Shown one piece after another: positions 58,501 through 64,000 of a stretch of DNA of 64,000 nucleotides. Source of the DNA: a virus; the IMG/VR virus record IMGVR_UViG_3300043449_002292, positions 78,860-142,859 of that record, one strand, 5' to 3'. The stretch's first letter is position 1, and each line of letters opens with the position of its first letter. Position numbers and translations under genes: made by a program. The notes beneath the pieces were generated by a model that saw only the letters and a program-made list of their open reading frames with translations, did no database searches and was not told the DNA's origin.

Positions 58501-58987
58501 CAGGGTCCAGCTTCGCAATACCCGTCTTATCCTTTGACATCTCTGGAAAAAGAGAACCTGCGCTGTCAACCACCCTGATGTAATTTGATGAATCGAAGTT
58601 AAGGTATCCAGTATTTTTTGGAAGTAAGTCATAGACATACCTCTCAAATCCAGTTAAAGAGTCCAAGAAAGAATTAACATCTTTCTGGGTGCCGTCAAAG
58701 GGAAATTGATTAAAGATCGTCTCAAAGGAGACGTTCGTTTTAGCTTGGGCCGAGTTAAAGAACGTATGATTCTCAAATTTTGACCAGTCAAGTGGAAGCT
58801 GTTGGGTCGATTTAAAGCCAGTTCCCGGCGCGTCAAGACGAAAAGATTTCTGACTGCTGCCGTCTAACTCATTCCTAAATTTTCCAGCATCGTTTCCAAC
58901 GAGATTCTTGACCTTCGCGCTATCACCCTGAAGTTCTCTACGAAGTTGATCCTGGGCAAAATTTCCCCTGTATATCTTGTTGGACAC
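55589..58987 (-). CDS. Baseplate wedge protein (gp7/P2 gpI-like core) with LamG insertions (1132 aa)
   Basis: MLPYLADYYG...KSRGTIHSIKSLI, late EKFVPSNT, two LamG-like segments (IDDFRVF; WHVAFGR...IKFWTKPL). Confidence 0.68.
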   Translation of the reverse strand: MSNKIYRGNFAQDQLRRELQGDSAKVKNLVGNDAGKFRNELDGSSQKSFRLDAPGTGFKSTQQLPLDWSKFENHTFFNSAQAKTNVSFETIFNQFPFDGTQKDVNSFLDSLTGFERYVYDLLPKNTGYLNFDSSNYIRVVDSAGSLFPEMSKDKTGIAKLDPGNSSMTIELQLFVPAASNSNQVIVQKINGTDKGFTLAVSQSAALDKCNLDFYVSSGSAFMTSSCEITKGVFSSIAAQFNRKPGVDRLYMYKNGDLVSSSSTSTYIGQIDFKSSPLLIGSGTSHNAGASFNFVPTSGLSGSIDDFRVFHNVRSLNQISSSMYTTEYPRENLKLLYRFNEPTGSYTNNAVIIDHSGNGLHATVSNFAISQRVPHVDNPLVFERAQYSPILFPDHPDVVSLNESLLRSASQYDQNNPNLITKLIPQHYLTREQEFYVLDSIEGGVGNSIDDGNSLPRDTRLGSIQLISSLLYVWAKQFDEVKCFLDHVSRLRSTDYDDTGTVADQMLPYLADYYGINLPNMFKNVSIDRFILGEAAAPNVSDLQLSFQSIQNTIWRRILHEFPTVMKSRGTIHSIKSLIRAAGIEPDSIMKFREYGGSKSGYITNERTQRSIVQGFLNFSGSLFSGAVNYDPITGVPDTLPFISSSYLSSSRVEPGLPTVSNTVSDGLFTSGSWSYEAIYKFEPNVDHPNIQSLARLHVTGTSSPSDTHGVITNLVLTAGKSTSSLDLYVGSDTSTSGRYIKLNLSGNDLFDGSGWHVAFGRRMTENVPSSSYFLWAARSNSDVSNYSIVSSSYLDEGTVIDTISAYNTSGAFICIGPQSIFEGGNKLLNDTTIIDDARESMFTGKVSRIKFWTKPLTDSELFEHARNMESLGVENPKLNYNFVTSLSGSWERLRIDAACTQEITSSAASGGIKIFDFSQNSFHLTGSGFGNQEQIIENERVKSSVISMQFDEAQTSNKIRVRGYLDYDTAQREGASVAPVFDILKSEIPVDDSRFSIEVSASQILDEDIAKIFATLDEIDDAIGSPELQFSPDYPGLESLRDVYFNRLTEKIKIKQLYEFFKWFDASMGTLIEKFVPSNTKFLGSNYVIKPHALERSKFNYLQSGIYIGENDRRGLKGTIKLGQVVATIRRF

Positions 58988-60499
58988 TTAATCTCCTACC
59001 GAGAATCTTGCGTTCTTATCTTCTATGATGTACTCCGCGCCACGATCAACAACTAGATAATCAATCGTCAGCGTCTTACCTTCAGGTAATCCATCTGTGA
59101 AAATATCAAAAAACAACCCATCGGAATCAGTGGAAAGTCTCGTTCCACCATTCGCTCGTTCAAACGGAACGTAAACCTCTCCTTCAAGATCTTTTATTCT
59201 GAAATACATCTCTGGTAACGAGCTGCGTGTAGGTTTCGAGATCCTGCTGGCGCTCGGGTCGTAACTTGAGTCATAAGCAAAAACCCTAATCTTACCAGAT
59301 GAGAATTTTGAATATTTCGAAGATACGTTAGTTGACCTGACGTTCAAGCGACTTGATACAGAGCTGAATGCAGATCTTGTTGGCAATGAGCATGTGAGGA
59401 AGGTCGAGAGAAACGTAACACTTCCATCTATCGATTTCCATTTTTCTGAAAAAGTTATCGATCCAGAAGCTGCTACATGATCAGATAGTGTAATTGTTCC
59501 ACTCACGACAGAACTATCCTGCGCTGAGATGTAGAACCCAGCTGAGTATGATCCAGATTTGAAAAATGAACCGATGCTCTCCTGTGAAGCTGATAACGTC
59601 TTTGAGTATGAGCCTGTCGATAAAATCACATGCAAGCAGTTGGATCCTGTGATCTCGATAGAGGATGATAACAGATTTTTAGATGATGAACCAGCAAAAT
59701 TACGTAGGTAGAGTGATCCAGACACGTCAAAATATGAACCTGCATGCGCATCGAAAATTGCATTGTTGCAGCTGATCTCAAGTCTCGGACGTAAAGACTC
59801 CTGCGTCACGTGACGAGACGCAAACCTCTTAACGAACCTGGACGTTGTATCAGTTTCTTGGCTAGAGGTGAAAGCTATCAAAAAACCGTAATCTGGTATT
59901 ACACCGCCGATCGTGGCTGAAACGATATCGCTAACGTCAACAAACAGATCCTCCGTTCCATCTATAAAAGTTTGCGTGAATTCAAGACTTCTCAACCCCA
60001 ACCCGTCTTGCAGGTTACCAGAGGAGTAGTAATCGATACCTGAATCTCCAATTGCTCCGGATGCATAAGCTCCTGATATTGTCCAAAGAACGTTAGCGGA
60101 AGAACTCACATAATTTGCAGCATCGATATCAGTGAATCCAGAGACGTCACGACCGTCACCTTCATCAAACTTTTTCGCGAGCGGGAAGATCGAGACCGTA
60201 AAATCTCGTGGAACTGGTAGATTGGTTTGGACAGGCTTTAAACGAAGCTTCGCACGAAAGCTGCTTGCATTGACATCTAGAGTCCCGGACGACAGCTCAT
60301 TTATTCGTGAAGTGTCGAACTTGATTAGAATTCTGGAAAGCTCAGTATGAAAACCAGCAGATCCTGACAGAGTTTCATTGTATAGCTTGAACAGATCAAG
60401 GGTTCCAGCACGACCTACATTCGCGTCCTCAACCCTAGATCCATCAACTATCTTATTGGTGATGTATGTGTCAGCCGAGGCTGTAGCTATGACAAACAT
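58988..60499 (-). CDS. Baseplate-region protein with DNRLRE/CBM96-like N-terminal domain (503 aa)
   Basis: ADTYI...N.G...SRILIKFD...A.LRL...VDVSDIV...YGFLI...F.SR...RPRLEI pattern. Confidence 0.58.
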   Translation of the reverse strand: MFVIATASADTYITNKIVDGSRVEDANVGRAGTLDLFKLYNETLSGSAGFHTELSRILIKFDTSRINELSSGTLDVNASSFRAKLRLKPVQTNLPVPRDFTVSIFPLAKKFDEGDGRDVSGFTDIDAANYVSSSANVLWTISGAYASGAIGDSGIDYYSSGNLQDGLGLRSLEFTQTFIDGTEDLFVDVSDIVSATIGGVIPDYGFLIAFTSSQETDTTSRFVKRFASRHVTQESLRPRLEISCNNAIFDAHAGSYFDVSGSLYLRNFAGSSSKNLLSSSIEITGSNCLHVILSTGSYSKTLSASQESIGSFFKSGSYSAGFYISAQDSSVVSGTITLSDHVAASGSITFSEKWKSIDGSVTFLSTFLTCSLPTRSAFSSVSSRLNVRSTNVSSKYSKFSSGKIRVFAYDSSYDPSASRISKPTRSSLPEMYFRIKDLEGEVYVPFERANGGTRLSTDSDGLFFDIFTDGLPEGKTLTIDYLVVDRGAEYIIEDKNARFSVGD

Positions 60500-62337
60500 T
60501 AGATTGCCGTCCCAATGATATCATACAGTGGATAACGAAGCTCGAATATGCTTCCAGCAGGACCGTAGATGATCCCATTTTTGGTGTAACGTTTGATGCT
60601 GTGAGTCGTGTTTGAGTATGAACGATCCTGCACGGTCCCGTTCACGTTCTCAACTTCCAGTGAAACCAATGACAAAACACCGGGAGTGTTGATAACTGCA
60701 TTCTGCAGATCGGATATCAAAATTGGTTGATCAATTTGAAATTTTGATGTATTGAGAGCATCGCTTAATTGCGTGATTACTGCTTGAGTTGTTGTTGTTT
60801 TGTTCGAATTTGGATTCACAAAAATGTTGAATCTAACTCTGATATTGATTGGATTTGCATCTAAAATTTCAACAGCATCGCTGATCAACCTAAACTCATT
60901 GAGGTAAATTTTTAGATTGTTCTTCAATGAATCGCTCGCGGTTGTGATAAACCCATTTCGATCTTTCGAGCAGATGTATAACTTACAAGCCAAAGGGTTT
61001 CCAGGGTTTGGCTGTGCTGACGCGCGATAAACTCGACCGAGCTTTGTCGGCAGCGTATACACTCTGGACACCAGATCTTCCTTAGTTACGATCCTGTCCT
61101 GCTGCGTTCTAGAAGCGGGTATTAGTGACCTAAGATCTTCCAGGGTAGGAGCAGATGATCCCCCAGAGGCAGCTTCATCGTTTCTCACGTCGACCGAAGC
61201 TCTAATTGATGAAGCGTTATCAGCTGAACACGTGTCTGGAAACTCTATCAGCAGCGTCGAAACTCCGCGTATTGTTCTTGAGGCAACGTTGTGGGACGCT
61301 CCTCCGCCGTACCTGTATGTGACAGAAATCTTAGTGTTGTTAGGTCGAACCCCAAGAGTCTTAGTTTGCAGGAGAGAGTTCGGGTCAAGCGAGAATCGAC
61401 TAAATGTTGTTGTTCCGTAGAGTGGGAGGGCCAAAGTCTCTGGATCTGGAATCGAATCATCCTGGGTCGTTAAAGCTGTGCCACCCCCAAATTGAATCGT
61501 GGTGATCCTCGTATTTGGGTCCATCGAACTGACGAACCTTCGAGGAGCTGGAATAAGCTCTATCGACCTTGGAACTTCCTCTGAGTCTGATGAAAAGTTC
61601 GGAAAAGTTCTAAAAACTGTATCCTGGCTCAAAGTTTGAACTTCATAATATTGATTCCCACTAGAATCTACGACTTCCATTATCTCGCTAATGTCAGTAT
61701 TCAATAATGTTATCGTAAAAAATGGAACTGGATCACTCGAAATATTGAAAGTGTCCGTTGTGACCTGACCCGAGACGCAAGTAACTTCGCGTTTCAGGAC
61801 AAACGTTAGCGGATTACCAGAATCGTCAGTTTCTCCTGTAACGTAAGTAGCTACCAGATCACCGTTTCTATCTCTCTCTGAAAAATCGACGTCCTCAGAA
61901 GCTGCGAATAGTATCCCAGAGTTTGAGGAGAACTGCGTGCTCTGTTTGATGATCGGCAAAGTATCATCATCTGGGACATACTCATCAACAACTAGCTTAG
62001 CAGGAACCTCAATGAAAATTGAAACACTGACAACGGAAGGCGAAGCTCCCTTTGGCTTAAGACCAGATTCCCTGATCATCCTAATCAAGTTTGTATTCTC
62101 AACAACCGTCGACCATGACATCTCCCTGAATTGATGATCAAGATAAAATGACATCGAGTCAGAGACTGACGCAGCCATGTCAAGCAGGAGCCCTCCCAAG
62201 CTTGGCTCTGAAAAATCTTGGATCTTGTCTCCGAAATAAGTTCTCGCATAGCGAAGGAGATCGGATCGAAAACTATCGAAATCCTTCGCTACGTATGATC
62301 TGGTCCTGGATGTTTTTAACTGTTGATTTCCTGCCAT
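60499..62337 (-). CDS. Baseplate wedge protein (T4 gp6 / baseplate-J-like, 612 aa)
   Basis: YVAKDFDSFRSDL, QDFSEPSLGGLLLDMAA, SFYLD, QFGGG, ASGG and QDRIVTKED motifs. Confidence 0.92.
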   Translation of the reverse strand: MAGNQQLKTSRTRSYVAKDFDSFRSDLLRYARTYFGDKIQDFSEPSLGGLLLDMAASVSDSMSFYLDHQFREMSWSTVVENTNLIRMIRESGLKPKGASPSVVSVSIFIEVPAKLVVDEYVPDDDTLPIIKQSTQFSSNSGILFAASEDVDFSERDRNGDLVATYVTGETDDSGNPLTFVLKREVTCVSGQVTTDTFNISSDPVPFFTITLLNTDISEIMEVVDSSGNQYYEVQTLSQDTVFRTFPNFSSDSEEVPRSIELIPAPRRFVSSMDPNTRITTIQFGGGTALTTQDDSIPDPETLALPLYGTTTFSRFSLDPNSLLQTKTLGVRPNNTKISVTYRYGGGASHNVASRTIRGVSTLLIEFPDTCSADNASSIRASVDVRNDEAASGGSSAPTLEDLRSLIPASRTQQDRIVTKEDLVSRVYTLPTKLGRVYRASAQPNPGNPLACKLYICSKDRNGFITTASDSLKNNLKIYLNEFRLISDAVEILDANPINIRVRFNIFVNPNSNKTTTTQAVITQLSDALNTSKFQIDQPILISDLQNAVINTPGVLSLVSLEVENVNGTVQDRSYSNTTHSIKRYTKNGIIYGPAGSIFELRYPLYDIIGTAI

Positions 62338-62340
62338 TTC

Positions 62341-62823
62341 TTATCCGGAGAAGTTGAATGTTATTCCGATCGACTGGTTCGTGAGGTTTGCCCTTGGGAC
62401 CGAGTACGTTATGACCAGCTTGATCTTGGCTGTTGCGGCTGAATCAGCGTCCTGTGGTTGTATGAGAAAGTTTTCAAGTTGCACGAAAGGCATGTATTTT
62501 GAAGTTGTCTTCTGAATACGACTCATCGCTTCCTGGTCTCCATCTTCCGTTCCGAGCTCAAACAGCAAAGGTCTGATGTTGGCACCGAAGTCGTAAAAAC
62601 CCAGTCTTTCGTTGTTGTTTGTCAGGATGAGGTTGATCAGGTTGTCCTTGATCTGATCAGCTAAGCTCCTGTTCATTTTGAAAATTCCATCATCCCCCGT
62701 CCCAATCTCGACAGGAGTTTTTATGCCGATCGGAGGTTCAATGATTCTAGCGCTCTGATTAGCGTCATACGTAGTCTTCTTCTGACCGACCCCGTTGAAG
62801 CTGTATGATTTTGCCTGCGCCAC
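62341..62823 (-). CDS. Baseplate wedge subunit (T4 gp25-like)
   Basis: QIKDNLINLILT..NER...DFGANIRPLLFE; directly precedes gp6. Confidence 0.92.
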   Translation of the reverse strand: MAQAKSYSFNGVGQKKTTYDANQSARIIEPPIGIKTPVEIGTGDDGIFKMNRSLADQIKDNLINLILTNNNERLGFYDFGANIRPLLFELGTEDGDQEAMSRIQKTTSKYMPFVQLENFLIQPQDADSAATAKIKLVITYSVPRANLTNQSIGITFNFSG

Positions 62824-62874
62824 AGTTAAATCCTCTCGGACAATAAATAATGCGGACCCGAAAGTTTCTTAGCG

Positions 62875-63138
62875 TTAACTGGTGCCGATTCCAGTTGCAG
62901 TTCCGACCACAGGCCCTCCTGTAGCTGAAGCACCAGCAACGACAGAAGTCACGTTGACTGTCACCAGGGAAGCTTCAACAAAAGCGTTAATAGCCGCCGA
63001 GATCTCAGTAGCTAGAGCAGTGTTGATCGCTTCAGTGCTTGGTCCAGGTGTCGCACCTGCAGCCGCAACAGCATTATCGAACGCTGTCTTTATGCTTGCT
63101 TGTAATGTTGGAAGATTTGGGACTGCTACAACAGGCAT
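62875..63138 (-). CDS. Small Ala/Gly/Thr-rich protein, candidate spike-associated subunit (87 aa)
   Basis: Between the gp5-like gene and gp25; ends GGPVVGTATGIG. Confidence 0.5.
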   Translation of the reverse strand: MPVVAVPNLPTLQASIKTAFDNAVAAAGATPGPSTEAINTALATEISAAINAFVEASLVTVNVTSVVAGASATGGPVVGTATGIGTS

Positions 63139-63139
63139 C

Positions 63140-64000
63140 TTATTCTCCGTAAATTATGACTGAACCTAAATTCTTAGTCGTTCCATCGATGATATCTTTC
63201 ACAGCTCCCACATCAAGTAACGCTTTCTTTTCTGACGCATTCACTACCAGCTCAGCAGCTGCCGATACAATCTGTGGGGACGGGGCACCAAAACCCGGAG
63301 TAACATGCGTTGCTAACATACCTGCAAAATTTATTAAATCTATGAGCAACGATGTAATTAGATTCACAAGCTGATCGTAACGGACGTATGGTTGGGAACC
63401 TTGTCCAGCTCGATACGATGATAAGCTAATCTTCTTTGCAGCGAGCTGCATCTTCCCGTTGTTATGCATGATGATCGCAGCGCCATCAGTTTTGGAGCCT
63501 GTAGGCTCTTTAACAATTTTGATAGTTCCTGCGTTACCACGTCCGATGATCCTTAAATTGTCAGCTTTTATGACAGCGAAGGATCCAACACTGTAGGAAT
63601 CAGCCGGGAACCCTTTGTTCGATGGTAGCGTAACATTCAACATCGAATCAGGATGATACGTTGCACCCACATCTGTTGAATTCGCGGTTAGATAGACTCT
63701 GGCAGCATCCGCGTAGAAATGCGGGTCACCCTCAACGCCATAGTAAGCTGATTTTTGTCTCTTGTTCGTTTCTAAGAGTCCAAGCTCATTTATGATGGTG
63801 GCTCCGGATGTTCCAGGTGTTCTTCCACGACCAACGACGATATCGATCGCCCCGCTGTCATTCGGAATGCCCGCTTTGTTTGCTGAGAATAGTATATCCT
63901 CAGCTAACTCTCCTGCCTGCCCCCTCTCTTCTCCTAACATTATGAGAGTGTTGTTGGAACCTTGCAGTACCAGATCACCGGGTCGTTTGCTGTATCTTGG
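63140..64000 (-). CDS. gp5-like central spike / hub protein, 5'-truncated by window edge
   Basis: Frame is open to 64000 (PRYSKRPGDLVLQGSNNTLIMLGEER...); short beta-strand repeats; H-x-T-P near the C-terminus; upstream of gp25/gp6. Confidence 0.6.
   Translation of the reverse strand, partial: PRYSKRPGDLVLQGSNNTLIMLGEERGQAGELAEDILFSANKAGIPNDSGAIDIVVGRGRTPGTSGATIINELGLLETNKRQKSAYYGVEGDPHFYADAARVYLTANSTDVGATYHPDSMLNVTLPSNKGFPADSYSVGSFAVIKADNLRIIGRGNAGTIKIVKEPTGSKTDGAAIIMHNNGKMQLAAKKISLSSYRAGQGSQPYVRYDQLVNLITSLLIDLINFAGMLATHVTPGFGAPSPQIVSAAAELVVNASEKKALLDVGAVKDIIDGTTKNLGSVIIYGE

Noticed and set aside
166-63374. Many plus-strand ORFs of 60-215 aa (e.g. 1078..1725, 23309..23938, 24098..24640)
   Set aside because: They lie antisense to well-supported minus-strand genes, lack convincing SD sites or motifs, and are expected shadows of GC-rich biased codons.
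1-64000. Alternative genetic code, introns/inteins, tRNA genes, integrase or IS elements
   Set aside because: Core genes read through intact in the standard code with all three stops used. I saw no intein or homing-endonuclease motif in TerL, portal or primase, no cloverleaf in the short intergenic gaps, and no recombinase or transposase.

Overview
A 64-kb segment of a large tailed phage (contractile-tail myovirus, probably jumbo-class) with T4-superfamily-type morphogenesis genes. All ~40 credible genes are on the minus strand and use the standard code, and many have AGGAG Shine-Dalgarno sites. The plus-strand ORFs in the track are antisense shadows. In transcription order (right to left): truncated gp5-like spike gene, small spike-associated protein, gp25, gp6, several large baseplate/appendage proteins (LamG, FN3-like), RuvC, primase, a single-chain Mre11-Rad50 fusion, two small ORFs, terminase large subunit, portal, prohead protease, small core proteins, scaffold, major capsid protein, then an enzyme cassette (Pol-beta-type nucleotidyltransferase plus an RNA-ligase/HIGH-nucleotidyltransferase fusion), neck gp13/14/15, two tandem tail sheath genes, tail tube, a frameshifting chaperone pair and the tape measure protein. 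Best candidate for an undescribed system: the capsid-adjacent cassette with three nucleotidyltransferase folds, whose proteins carry putative head-targeting and protease-processing tails. Other signals: a non-T4 late-promoter motif (ATANTTA) before at least 11 genes, a +1/-2 U7 frameshift, and a tail-collar-like domain split between genes. All calls come from motif recognition and synteny; no database searches were run.
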